Positions 19,065 to 28,931 are shown, numbered from the whole stretch's first letter. The stretch is 61,461 nt of DNA, filler included, from Candidatus Nezhaarchaeota archaeon WYZ-LMO8 (GCA_004347965.1; 7 parts of 7 records of this genome joined end to end with filler, not necessarily neighbours in it), one strand, 5' to 3'. The notes: a model not told the origin generated them from the sequence alone. Numbers and translations: made by a program.

Positions 19065-20771
19065 TCAGACTTCTATCTTCAGCTTTTCCACTAAGTCTTT
19101 AGGTATAAGTTCTTTAACCTCATCGAGGTTACGGAGAGGTCTTTTCCTCAATACTTGTAGTACCGCGTTCTTTGAGAGACTCGGTATGCTTTCAAGAAGC
19201 TTGCGATGTGCAGTGTTTATTTTTATTGGCGTTTCCACTCCTACGACCGATCGAAATCCATGTCTTAGGACGACTACATCAATCTTTTCCCTAATCTTGC
19301 GAGGATAAGGTAGAAACACTAGTATGGGATATGTGCCTGCTTGTCTTGCGTAGGTGCCTCCACTACCCTGCTTCTCGACGTAACAATCCTTCAACGTAGT
19401 CCATTCGGGAACTAACTTTCTAAGCATGGGTAGGTCTATTTCTTCCCTCATCCTCTTCTTGTATATCTTAAAGAGCCTCTTATTCCTCCTTATAATAGCA
19501 TCCCCTATTTCCCACATCGGTGTACCCGGAAAAGCCATTACTTGCCTAATGTTGATCCTTCTAACCAGCAGACCTTCCTTTAGTACTTCCCTCATAAAGT
19601 CTAAATTTGCCTTATAGGTTTCTTCCGTCTCGCCTTTCAATCCATGGACAAAGTTCACACCTGGTAGGAGATGTGGTAAGCCGTTGTAGCCCCTCTGTGC
19701 ACCCACACTGTTTATTATTCGGATTGCTTCGAGAGCTTCTTCAGGGTAAACCTTCAAGTTGTTCAGCTTCACAACTACTGGATCAGCTGATTCTATGCCA
19801 AAGGCTGCTACATCACCCGGAGTGTGATGTTCAATTATTATCTTGCATATCTCGAGCGATTCTCCTCGATGATGATAGACAGTGCCGGGATTAACATTAT
19901 CTATGTGCAGTGTCTCAAGGTTAGGTGCTACGGCTACTATGCTCTTGAAGAGCTTCCTTATGGCTTCTACGTTCGGCTTAGGGAATTCTCTTTCACCCAC
20001 CTCTTTAGATTGATAGGTGAAGAGGTCTGGTTGTCTACCTAACCTTATGTGTCTAACGCCAGCTTGATATAACGCCTCTACTTCGTCAGCAATCTCTTCA
20101 ACAGCTCTGAACTTTGGTTCGCCGTATAGAGGTTCTATGCAGAATGAGCAACCTCCAACAACGTATCTTGGACAACCCCAATAAGTCTCTATTTCGCATA
20201 TTAAGTTGAAGTTGTAATTTGGGTGTTGAGTCACTATTCTAGCTCCACGCACGGCTACTTTAGCTATGAAAGATGGGTCTCTATCGAAGACAGGTAACTT
20301 GAGGTCACGTTTAAAGTTGTTTAAGGCAATTTCGTAAAGATACTTCTCAAACGCTTTGTGGAACATGTAGTCGAAGTCTCTTTGAAGCTCTCTAGGTATT
20401 ATGGCCGTTCTACCACCTTCAACTCCAAATCCAAATGATACAACAGGTCCTACGAGAACTTTTAAGGGTTCTATGATCAAGCGAGACCACGTCTTCAATT
20501 CGCTCAGCTTAATTGGTGTTCCTCCTAAGTATCTTCCTGGAACAGCAACCCCCGCTATGAATATGACACAGTCGAACCTAGACAGCTTCATGAGGTAGTA
20601 GTCTAAGTTGCTTCTTAACTGGTCTACCGTGAAGTACGTGATTTCAGCGTAGGGATTTGCAAGCCATATAGCTCCAGCACTATACCTCGCATATATGTCG
20701 AGATATGGAGGAACCCCTAGACCGCTCGGTTCATCATTGTAACCGTCAATTATGCATACTCTAGACGGCAT
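19065..20771 (-). CDS. Radical SAM protein with C-terminal TRAM-like and helix-hairpin-helix regions
   Basis: IDGYNDEPSGLGVPPY; GCPRYVVGGCSFC (CX7CX2C); INTA...LESIPSL HhH-like tail. Confidence 0.85.
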   Translation of the reverse strand: MPSRVCIIDGYNDEPSGLGVPPYLDIYARYSAGAIWLANPYAEITYFTVDQLRSNLDYYLMKLSRFDCVIFIAGVAVPGRYLGGTPIKLSELKTWSRLIIEPLKVLVGPVVSFGFGVEGGRTAIIPRELQRDFDYMFHKAFEKYLYEIALNNFKRDLKLPVFDRDPSFIAKVAVRGARIVTQHPNYNFNLICEIETYWGCPRYVVGGCSFCIEPLYGEPKFRAVEEIADEVEALYQAGVRHIRLGRQPDLFTYQSKEVGEREFPKPNVEAIRKLFKSIVAVAPNLETLHIDNVNPGTVYHHRGESLEICKIIIEHHTPGDVAAFGIESADPVVVKLNNLKVYPEEALEAIRIINSVGAQRGYNGLPHLLPGVNFVHGLKGETEETYKANLDFMREVLKEGLLVRRINIRQVMAFPGTPMWEIGDAIIRRNKRLFKIYKKRMREEIDLPMLRKLVPEWTTLKDCYVEKQGSGGTYARQAGTYPILVFLPYPRKIREKIDVVVLRHGFRSVVGVETPIKINTAHRKLLESIPSLSKNAVLQVLRKRPLRNLDEVKELIPKDLVEKLKIEV

Positions 20772-20824
20772 AATTCCTAAAAAGATAAAACGTGCATCCT
20801 CTAATAAAGGCAGAGGATGAGCTC

Positions 20825-21811
20825 GTGAAGGTCAAGGACGTTGGTGAGTGGAGGATTATCGATAGGATATGGAGGACTCTTATCAGAGATCCTGAGGAGA
20901 TCATGGGCTTCAACGATGATGTGGTTTCTAAGAGACTCAGAAAGGGGTGGGTCCTCGTAGCACATACCGATGCACTTACAGAAATCGCAGACATCCTGCC
21001 AGGTATGACCCCTCATAGCATAGGGTTTAAGTCAGTCGTCATGAATGTAAGCGACTTCGCTTCTAAGGGTGTAAAGCCTTTAGGAATGCTATTTGCATTG
21101 GGAATGCCAGGAGACGTGGACGTCAGCTTTGTCGACGAGATAGCTAGAGGTTGGAGAGATGCAGCTAAGAAATATGGACTTTACGTATGGGGAGGGGACA
21201 TAACTGAAGCAAGGGAGCTTGTGCTATGCGGTACCATAATAGGATTAGCCAGGGAAGGGGATTTAGTAGCGAGGAAGGGAGCAAGAGAAGGGGATTTAGT
21301 AGCTTGCATTGGAGAGTTTGGATTAACTAGTATAGCTTACTTCATGCTCCTTGAAGGGTTAAGAGCCCCAAATGAGAGAGTAGAGCGTAGAGCGAAAGAA
21401 GCTGTCTATTACCCCAAAGCTTACTTAAAGGAAGGATTAAAGTTAGCTCGCTTAAAAGTCGTAACTTCCTCAATGGATTGTAGTGATGGGTTAGCATGGA
21501 CATTACATACGCTATGTTACCTGAACAATGTAGGAATGGTGATAAAGAATATACCCATTCCTAGTGAAGTATTTGAGTACGCTAAGGAGCACGGCTTAGA
21601 TCCCTACGAGCTAGCGTTGTACGGTGGAGAAGAGTACGCATTAGTGTTCACACTTAAGCGTGACTCCTTAAATAGAATTCCTAAGAGCTTACTTAGGGAG
21701 ATACACATTATAGGCGAAGTAACTTTAGATAAGAGGGTGAGACTAGAAATTGAGGGTGTTAAGAGAGAGGTTGAAGCTCGAGGATGGGAACACTTTAAAT
21801 CTAGAAAGTAG
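20825..21811 (+). CDS. thiL: Thiamine-monophosphate kinase
   Basis: GEW, DD, NVSDFASKG, GGD, MDCSDGL, GGEEYAL, GWEHF. Confidence 0.92.
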   Translation: MKVKDVGEWRIIDRIWRTLIRDPEEIMGFNDDVVSKRLRKGWVLVAHTDALTEIADILPGMTPHSIGFKSVVMNVSDFASKGVKPLGMLFALGMPGDVDVSFVDEIARGWRDAAKKYGLYVWGGDITEARELVLCGTIIGLAREGDLVARKGAREGDLVACIGEFGLTSIAYFMLLEGLRAPNERVERRAKEAVYYPKAYLKEGLKLARLKVVTSSMDCSDGLAWTLHTLCYLNNVGMVIKNIPIPSEVFEYAKEHGLDPYELALYGGEEYALVFTLKRDSLNRIPKSLLREIHIIGEVTLDKRVRLEIEGVKREVEARGWEHFKSRK

Positions 21812-22016
21812 AAGACTTGATGCCACCACAATAAGGTCCTTAAAGCCGTAGTTTAATGAGTTGTTTAGCAACATGAATCCAGCCACAAACTCCGCTAACC
21901 CCAAAGGATAGAAGAAGCTACTTGCAATCTGCATGATACCTACAAAAGCATGTCTTTGATATAGCTGGTTCTTGGCATGATTTACAGGTAAATTGTTTCT
22001 CAAACTTTAGAACTGA

Positions 22017-22089
22017 AGCCCCGGGCGGGATTCGAACCCGCGACCTGCCGCTTACGAGGCGGCCGCCATAACCACTAGGCAACCGGGGC
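22017..22089 (-). tRNA. tRNA-Thr(CGT)
   Basis: Arm GCCGC-CTCGTAA-GCGGC; GTTCGAATC; CCA not encoded. Confidence 0.95.
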
Positions 22090-22249
22090 TTCTTAACATT
22101 TCATTACCAAGCTTCAAGATAAAACTTACTTGAAACTTCCTAGTAAATCTCATGAAGGTTCAAGAAAACCGTTCCTTGTTTAGTAAGCAATACATTACGT
22201 TCTCGCACAAAATAGATATAGCAAACCTTTGTATGTCATCAATAGGTGG

Positions 22250-22362
22250 GCGGGGGTGGCCGAGTCAGGTCAAAGGCGCGGGACTGAGGCACGGTCCCTC
22301 TAAAGACCGCTCGAATCCCGTGGCGTAGGCCTGCGTGGGTTCAAATCCCACCCCCCGCACCA
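22250..22362 (+). tRNA. tRNA-Leu(GAG) with 25-nt intron (best fit 38/39, 22291-22315)
   Basis: Helix TGAG/CTCG, bulges GC|A and AA|T, intron stem CGGTC/GACCG; long variable arm; encoded CCA. Confidence 0.92.
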
Positions 22363-22498
22363 TGAATGTTACATTAACTTTTTTCGAATAGAAAAAGTCT
22401 CATGATTCACTGAGGTTAAGTTTATGCCAGTAGTGGCTGGATTAAGTAAGATATGGAATGAAGTTGATGAGTCATTTAACTTATGGGGTTAATTCTTT

Positions 22499-23176
22499 AT
22501 GACCTTGAAAGACGAGATTCGTGAGTACGCGAATAGGGTTTTAGGTCTTAATTGTGTAAAATTTGTTGCGGCACATGACTTCAAGGATTATGTGGAGCCA
22601 TGGGTTAAGACAATAATCCTGCTGGGAATAGAGACATGGGATGACGCATTTGACATGGTGTTGTTTAGAGCTAAAGGTAACGAGGTCGACATTTACTATG
22701 TCTATGAAGTTATAATGGCTGAGAAGGCACTTAAGCTATGCTTACACTTAAGAGACTTAGGCTTCAAGGCTAAGCATGAACCTTACCGCTTACCACTAAA
22801 GCAAGTGGCTGTTAAAGCTGGTGCTGGGTGTTATGGCAAGAACTCCCTGATCATAACCCCGGAGTACGGTTCTAGGATAAGGTTTACATGCATCGTCACG
22901 GACGTTGACTTAGAGCCTGATCCACCATTTAAAGCTGATCTGTGCGGTGAATGCAACTTGTGTATGAAGGCTTGTCCACTTAATGCCATAAGAGAACCGT
23001 ATAGGATTGATGTGAAAAGATGCGTTAACTCGCTAGCACCACCTTCAAGAGAAGTAGTTCGAGATGTCATGGAGTTAGCGCCAAAACTCTTAAGGAGACC
23101 AACAGAAAACGCCATGATTTTATGCTCAATATGTCAAGATGTTTGCCCTTACAATAGACGCGTAAAGAATTTCTGA
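22499..23176 (+). CDS. Epoxyqueuosine reductase-like 2x[4Fe-4S] protein
   Basis: AVKAGAGCYGKNSLIITPEYGSRIR, CGECNLCMKACP, CSICQDVCP. Confidence 0.85.
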   Translation: MTLKDEIREYANRVLGLNCVKFVAAHDFKDYVEPWVKTIILLGIETWDDAFDMVLFRAKGNEVDIYYVYEVIMAEKALKLCLHLRDLGFKAKHEPYRLPLKQVAVKAGAGCYGKNSLIITPEYGSRIRFTCIVTDVDLEPDPPFKADLCGECNLCMKACPLNAIREPYRIDVKRCVNSLAPPSREVVRDVMELAPKLLRRPTENAMILCSICQDVCPYNRRVKNF

Positions 23177-23197
23177 AAAGTACTAGACACTTAAATT

Positions 23198-23255
23198 AGG
23201 CAATGATGACTCTGGCCTCAACGAGTAGATGAAGAAGATCTTGAGTGCTGAGCCT
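23198..23255 (+). ncRNA. Box C/D sRNA, guide for pre-tRNA-Leu
   Basis: AGGC/GCCT stem; C ATGATGA 23203-09, D' ACGA, C' ATGAAGA, D CTGA 23248-51; guides of 11-12 nt. Confidence 0.9.
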
Positions 23256-23631
23256 CCATCCCTGATTCCACATTTCACGCAAAATATTAATGGTTAAACA
23301 CGTTATACTGTTCATAATCTTAATGCTGCTAATCAAAGGTGCATGCATCTTTCTCGTCTATTTCCTTAGAGGGACCAGCTCAATAACTTTAAAAGGTATT
23401 TAACCTTCATCCTGTCTGCAACCTTCATTATCCATGCATTACTAAGAATGGGTTCTTTACTAAAGCCGGTTTCTCAGCATTGTTAAGGATATCTTCTAGA
23501 TCTCTCATGTTGAACTTAACTTTTAGAAGCAAGCATACGAGGAAGATTCTAGAGTAATGGCACTATCGCACTTTAAGTGAATTTGCAAGTCATTGCTGCG
23601 TGAGGTAGTAATGTGACTGTTGTGGTAGGAG

Positions 23632-23690
23632 AGCATCAGCATTGGAGTTGATGATCCTCCTCCCTTCTCTAAACCCACCTCTCATCATCT
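23632..23690 (-). ncRNA. Possible box C/D sRNA
   Basis: C ATGATGA and D CTGA about 53 nt apart end to end; internal boxes degenerate. Confidence 0.5.
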
Positions 23691-23735
23691 AAAAGTATTT
23701 CCTTATGTGTTGATTTAAATCTATGGGGCTCTGTT

Positions 23736-24203
23736 GTGTGGAGACTGATGTTAACAACTGACGTTGGTAAGGAGCGTTGGACGGCATGGGAAGTTATTGA
23801 CACAATATTTCCATACGATACCAAGGCCTATGTTAGAGCTTTTAACGATAGAGGAGTTGTGCTTGTGTGGTCGAGACTTCCTAGTCATCAGTTAATAGAG
23901 CTTCTTACAGGTAGACTTACAAGAGCTCATAGGTTAGTAGAGCTTGATGATGCTTCTCCAGCAAGGCTTAGAGACATCATAGTCTCAGCTAGGAGAGTCC
24001 TTAGAGACCTAAAGGAGGTTAGTGTTGAGAGTAGGATACGTGGAAATTATCTTGAGGTTAGCGAGGAAGAGCTTTCTAGGATACTAATGGACAAGCTTGG
24101 ATTAATCGGTGGAGAGGTAAAGCTAGTAGTTGAAGTTGTGTGGGACGTCGCTGGAATATCATTGAGAACCGTTAGAAGCGATAATAGCTTGCGCTTAATT
24201 TAA
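23736..24203 (+). CDS. THUMP-like domain protein
   Basis: LMLTTDVGKE, GVVLV, SRIRG, LVVEVVWDVAGIS pattern; adjacent to cdc6. Confidence 0.6.
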   Translation: MWRLMLTTDVGKERWTAWEVIDTIFPYDTKAYVRAFNDRGVVLVWSRLPSHQLIELLTGRLTRAHRLVELDDASPARLRDIIVSARRVLRDLKEVSVESRIRGNYLEVSEEELSRILMDKLGLIGGEVKLVVEVVWDVAGISLRTVRSDNSLRLI

Positions 24204-24277
24204 TTATTTATTTTATTCAATTTGTGTGTTTATATCAACGTTGAATAAGTGAAGTATGGGAAAATGCGGTGCTTTAC

Positions 24278-25501
24278 ATGAATGAAGGAGATTTAAGCTT
24301 TGTTCCTAGTAAGTCCGTATTCAAAGATGAGAGGGCTCTCTCATTTGAGTACGTACCCCCAAGCTTACCTCATAGAGAGAAGCAGTTGAAAATGTTAATG
24401 AACTTCTTTAGGTACATAGCTGAAGGAGAAGGAGGACTTTATCAAAAGGCTCTTCTGATAGGAGATGTCGGAACAGGCAAAACAGCAACCTCTAAGCTTT
24501 TTGGAAGCATCTTAGAGGAGCTGTGTAGGAAGAGAGGAGAGGACTTTAAGTTCGTATACGTGAATTGCTATCGTGAGAGAACGCTTTTTCTCATTGGCCA
24601 GAGGATTATGGAGGCTCTAGCTCCATCATTGCCCACGAGAGGGCTCTCACCTCAAGAGCTTTTAAGGATGGTAGTTTCGCTACTTAAAGAAAAACGATTC
24701 CCTACGATAATCGTGTTAGACGAAGTCCACTACTTCGTAAAAACTGCAGGACAAGATGCACTTTACAATCTCCTCAGAATCTTGGAGGGCTACTATGAGA
24801 GTGAAGTAAGACTAGGTATGTTGTTCATCTCAAGAAGTAAGAACTTCATTTATGAGCTGGACGACGTTGTTAGAAGCAGTTTAACGAGGAACATAATAGA
24901 CTTTGTGCCTTACACATCTCATCAATTGATGACGATACTTCAAGAGAGAGTTAAGCTGGCCTTCAAAGAAGGGGCTATTTCTTCAGAGGCATTGGAGGTC
25001 ATAGCCGATAACGTGGGTGTTGATCGTGGTGGAAGGGGAGATGCTAGGCTGGCCATAGAGATATTATGGCGTGCTGGTAAGATCGCTGACATGAGGGGGA
25101 GGGGAGAGGTAACGCCAGATGATGTTAGAGAAGCCAGCAGTTTTATACATCCAGCTATTAGAATTGAAGATTTGAAGAGCCTTCTAGTGGATGAAAAAGT
25201 GGCTTTGTTAACTATAGCAAAAGAATTGAAGAGAGGCATTGCATACACGAGGATGGGGGCCTTTAAGGATAGATATCGAAGCGAGTGTGAGCTTTGGGGA
25301 CTTCGAGCTAAAAAGCATACTCAATTATGGAAGATCATTAAGAATCTAGAGAGAATGGGTTTTGTGACTACTAAGACCGTAAGTATAGGTAGAGGGAGAA
25401 CTACGTTGATAGGTTTGCCTTCAATACCAGCATTTCTATTAGAGAAAGAAATTTCAAAACTCCTGATCGAGGATATCGGAGGAAAAGGGGTTGAGCATTG
25501 A
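24278..25501 (+). CDS. cdc6: Orc1/Cdc6 replication initiator
   Basis: YVPPSLPHREKQ, GDVGTGKT, YVNC, VLDE, GDARLAI, C-terminal winged helix with GRTT. Confidence 0.93.
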   Translation: MNEGDLSFVPSKSVFKDERALSFEYVPPSLPHREKQLKMLMNFFRYIAEGEGGLYQKALLIGDVGTGKTATSKLFGSILEELCRKRGEDFKFVYVNCYRERTLFLIGQRIMEALAPSLPTRGLSPQELLRMVVSLLKEKRFPTIIVLDEVHYFVKTAGQDALYNLLRILEGYYESEVRLGMLFISRSKNFIYELDDVVRSSLTRNIIDFVPYTSHQLMTILQERVKLAFKEGAISSEALEVIADNVGVDRGGRGDARLAIEILWRAGKIADMRGRGEVTPDDVREASSFIHPAIRIEDLKSLLVDEKVALLTIAKELKRGIAYTRMGAFKDRYRSECELWGLRAKKHTQLWKIIKNLERMGFVTTKTVSIGRGRTTLIGLPSIPAFLLEKEISKLLIEDIGGKGVEH

Positions 25502-25763
25502 AAGTCTCCTGGGCTCTAAACCTAGGGTAAAGATACTTAAGGTTTTAATAGATAAAGGGGAGCTCAACATAACAGCCATAGCAAGAGAAGCTGGAGTCAA
25601 CCATAAAACAGCTTTGCGACACCTTGAGGAATTAAGGAGAGTAGGGGTTGTAACAGAGAAAGTTTTTGGTAGAGTAAGAATTTTCAAAATTAATTCTGAA
25701 GATCCTAGAGTTGAGGCTTTAAAGATGCTTTTTAAGTCTATTAGTAGTAGTGAAAGGAAATGA
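25491..25763 (+). CDS. ArsR-like winged-helix regulator
   Basis: LLGSKPRVKILKVL..ELNITAIAREAG..HLEEL..FGRVRIF. Confidence 0.85.
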   Translation: MSIESLLGSKPRVKILKVLIDKGELNITAIAREAGVNHKTALRHLEELRRVGVVTEKVFGRVRIFKINSEDPRVEALKMLFKSISSSERK

Positions 25764-26212
25764 CCATGGTTGACGTAACTGAGAAGGGTGATGTTTACAG
25801 AGAGGCGGAGGCGGAGGGTTTCATAAAGTTGAGGTCAGAAACTTTGAAGAGAATACGAGAAGGTAGCGTAGAGAAGGGTGATGTATTCTCAGTAACGAAT
25901 GTCGCTGCTATATTAGCGGCAAAGAAGACTTCAGAGCTCTTACCATTATGCCATCCGATTCCCATGACCAACGTCTCAGTTAAGATAAGTGTAGAAGACG
26001 AGGGAGTTAAGGTACGAACGACGGTTAAGGCTATTGGAAAAACAGGGGTTGAAATGGAAGCGTTAGTTGCTACGTCGATAGCACTAATCAACATATGGGA
26101 TATGGTTAAGAAGTACGAGAAGGATGAAGGAGGTCAATATCCTTACACAGAGATAACAAACATAAGGGTCAAGAGCAAAATAAAGAGGGGGATAGATGAG
26201 CAAAGTAGTTGA
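25760..26212 (+). CDS. moaC: Cyclic pyranopterin monophosphate synthase
   Basis: MVDVTEK, LLPLCHP, TGVEMEAL, DMVK. Confidence 0.96.
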   Translation: MTMVDVTEKGDVYREAEAEGFIKLRSETLKRIREGSVEKGDVFSVTNVAAILAAKKTSELLPLCHPIPMTNVSVKISVEDEGVKVRTTVKAIGKTGVEMEALVATSIALINIWDMVKKYEKDEGGQYPYTEITNIRVKSKIKRGIDEQSS

Positions 26213-26726
26213 TGAACATAAGAGAAGAGCTGCTCCAAAGGTTTCTTTCTATATAATAGTAACAAGCGACTCTCTTTATGCCCTCTTTAAGAGGGGGGAG
26301 AAGGTAGATGATGAGAATGGAGCGCTGATAGCAAAGATCTTAGAAGCAGAGGGACAAATAGTTAAGGGCAGGTCGATAGTTCCTAACGATCCATCCATTA
26401 TAAAGCAAGAGATAGAGATGGTAGTAGATACTTTAAAGCCTGATGTGATAATAACAACTGGTGGTACTGGATTAAGCGGTAAGGATGTGACTATTGAGGC
26501 TGTTGAAGGGCTACTTGAGAAGAAGATTCCAGGGTTTGGAGAGCTACTTAGATTTTTGAGCTTTAATGAAATAGGAGCTGCAGCTATGCTAACAAGAGCA
26601 ACAGCTGGCGTATACAAAAAAACCGTCATATTCTCAATACCCGGTTCTCCTCACGCGGTTGAGCTAGCACTTAGAAGACTAATAGTTCCCGAGGCAGGTC
26701 ACATAGTAGCTCATGTGAGGAGCTAG
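26196..26726 (+). CDS. moaB: Molybdopterin adenylyltransferase MoaB/MogA
   Basis: TSDS, TTGGTG, DVTIEA, PGFGE, PGSP. Confidence 0.92.
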   Translation: MSKVVDEHKRRAAPKVSFYIIVTSDSLYALFKRGEKVDDENGALIAKILEAEGQIVKGRSIVPNDPSIIKQEIEMVVDTLKPDVIITTGGTGLSGKDVTIEAVEGLLEKKIPGFGELLRFLSFNEIGAAAMLTRATAGVYKKTVIFSIPGSPHAVELALRRLIVPEAGHIVAHVRS

Positions 26727-26728
26727 CT

Positions 26729-27445
26729 TTGAGGACCATAATTGGTATAGTAGGTTCCGATAGGAAAGCAAGATTAAGGTTAATGAGGGAGCTGAGCAGT
26801 AGACTGGAGAGTGAAGGTTATAGCGTGATATTAGTATTTCATCATCGCGACATCGATGAAACTAATGCGTCAAGCACCTTGGTTGTGAACACTTTAGACT
26901 CTTCAATATTCATAAAGGCAAATTTTAAGCTCACCATTAATGACTTAAAAAGGCTACTTCCAAGCAAGTGGTGTTTGATGTTGGTTGATGGGTATAAAGT
27001 TGCCCCTTACATAGTGGCTGCTACATCTAAATACGACGTTGATGAGTTCGGTCCTCAAAGCTTAGCTATAACTCCTTTAAGCAACGATCTAATGGAGTTT
27101 ACAGCTCCTTTGAGAGATAAGATTATGGCAATAGAGAGAGTAGCCGAGGTTATTCACGAAGTTCTAATAGGAGATATCATGAAGATTCTGATGCAGAAAG
27201 ATTGTGGAGAATGTGGCTTTAAAAGCTGCAGGGATTTAGCTGAAGCCATTGCGAAGGGTGAAGATACCCCTCTTAGATGCGTCAAAAGAAGAGAGAATGT
27301 GAGGTTGATGGTTGATGGAGACCTCATTCAGCTAAATCCATTTACATCAAAGATGCTTGTTCAAGTCATATCGAGTCTATTGTCAATATTGAAGGGGGTT
27401 CCAAGAAGCTTCAATAAAGTAATCGTTGAAATAAACTTAGACTAA
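26729..27445 (+). CDS. MobB-like protein with Fe-S domain (P-loop degenerate)
   Basis: DCGECGFKSC...C then LMVDG..IQLNPF...LKGV; lies in the moa operon. Confidence 0.7.
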   Translation: MRTIIGIVGSDRKARLRLMRELSSRLESEGYSVILVFHHRDIDETNASSTLVVNTLDSSIFIKANFKLTINDLKRLLPSKWCLMLVDGYKVAPYIVAATSKYDVDEFGPQSLAITPLSNDLMEFTAPLRDKIMAIERVAEVIHEVLIGDIMKILMQKDCGECGFKSCRDLAEAIAKGEDTPLRCVKRRENVRLMVDGDLIQLNPFTSKMLVQVISSLLSILKGVPRSFNKVIVEINLD

Positions 27446-28119
27446 CCTTGCTTCTTCAAGAAGTCCTCCATGGATTCATCCAACTCAAGCCATCGTGATA
27501 TGTCCCGCTTAACAAGACCGGGTGTTTCGAATATCACATGTAGAAATGGTATCATCTCGGTGCTCGCCTTCCTCCTAGACAGGTGGCACTTTGAGGCTAC
27601 TTTCTCACATACAGATTCCCTTTTTGCTCTCATATCTTTAGCTTTAGCCATAAGTAACAGTTTTTGAGGAAAACCATACTTAGTGAATTTATATGGATGT
27701 ATTTTAGCCATAGCGACACCAGCTGTCATGAAATCTATGACGTGTCTCAGGAGTTCCCACCTTTGCCCTCTCTTCATTCTGCCCAAGAAGATGTCAGCTC
27801 TTGCAAGGTAGTAATATGCCTTAGCCAGCTCTTCAGGGTCTGTGTATTGTCTTGGCAAGTTCTCGTCTAACCACAGCATGAGAGACTCGTAATCTAGCAA
27901 CGATGAGTTGATGACGTTCCTAGCATCATCACATCGTTTTGATACAAATATCATCCTTAAGACGTCGAATGCTTGATATTGCCTATTTCTCGCTCGAAGC
28001 CATGAAACATCGTTCACAGATAGTCTCTTCTTGCCTTGAGCAGTTGCTTGCAAGTCATTGACTGCAGATCTCATATCACCTTCAGCTAGCTCAGCAATAA
28101 TTTTTAACGCCTTTTCATC
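27442..28119 (-). CDS. rfcL: Replication factor C large subunit (3' part)
   Basis: GDMRSAVNDLQ, WLDENLP, LARADIFLGR, W.LLR. Confidence 0.9.
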   Translation of the reverse strand, partial: DEKALKIIAELAEGDMRSAVNDLQATAQGKKRLSVNDVSWLRARNRQYQAFDVLRMIFVSKRCDDARNVINSSLLDYESLMLWLDENLPRQYTDPEELAKAYYYLARADIFLGRMKRGQRWELLRHVIDFMTAGVAMAKIHPYKFTKYGFPQKLLLMAKAKDMRAKRESVCEKVASKCHLSRRKASTEMIPFLHVIFETPGLVKRDISRWLELDESMEDFLKKQG

Positions 28120-28219
28120 NNNNNNNNNNNNNNNNNNNNNNNNNNNNNNNNNNNNNNNNNNNNTTAATTAATTAANNNNNNNNNNNNNNNNNNNNNNNNN
28201 NNNNNNNNNNNNNNNNNNN
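28120..28219. other. Artificial contig spacer
   Basis: N44-TTAATTAATTAA-N44. Confidence 0.99.
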
Positions 28220-28297
28220 GGGCCCGTAGCTCAGTATGGATGGAGCACCGGCCTCCGGAGCCGGAGGTCCCGGGTTCAAGTCCCGGCGGGCCCGCCA
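28220..28297 (+). tRNA. tRNA-Arg(CCG)
   Basis: Arm CCGGC-CTCCGGA-GCCGG; encoded CCA; starts at the first base of the contig. Confidence 0.95.
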
Positions 28298-28516
28298 AAG
28301 AAGTTTGGCTTATTTTCACAAATAGGACTTATTTTTCTCTTCTGTTTTTCTGATTTAGAGCTGTTCTGGGGATTAACCTTGGCTATGTGGAGGTGAACTC
28401 TGAGTAGTGCGTTAAGGAGCTTTGTCTCAGATACGCTCCTTAACGACTAAGGTTTTATATTCTGGCTTAGGCATAAAAGTCTAATATCTTTAATGTTTTA
28501 AGGTTAAGCTGCTTGG

Positions 28517-28822
28517 TCATTTTGTATAGCAGCTTTTAATCATGATTATTGATATTGATATCAATATTAGGCTGTATATTAAGAGGATTAGCAGCGGCTT
28601 ATCTGAGAGTGAGGATAGCTCATTAAGCCATTTATTCATGACTTCTAATCCCTCATAAGCAGTCATGTTAAAATCTGCTACACGCAATATAGCATTCCCT
28701 ATCATATCTCGAGTAAGGGAGGTTGTAACAGCCTTTAACCCAAAAAGATAGAGCGATCCTAACGCACCCAGAACACCTAATGCTAAAATCACAAAGCCAA
28801 GTAATCGACACAATCTAGACAC
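28517..28822 (-). CDS. Hypothetical two-TM membrane protein
   Basis: Two hydrophobic segments. Confidence 0.55.
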   Translation of the reverse strand: MSRLCRLLGFVILALGVLGALGSLYLFGLKAVTTSLTRDMIGNAILRVADFNMTAYEGLEVMNKWLNELSSLSDKPLLILLIYSLILISISIIMIKSCYTK

Positions 28823-28931
28823 TGCTAAACACCATAAATTATTTGTCTCACTTTAAGAATTATTAATAATTTGTCTTAGTGAAAGCTGTATAGCCAGTAT
28901 TTACTACGGCGCTTCAAATACCTCGACTATA

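Noticed and set aside
23256..24268. Replication origin next to cdc6
   Set aside because: Only a short AT-rich spacer; no recognisable repeated ORB elements
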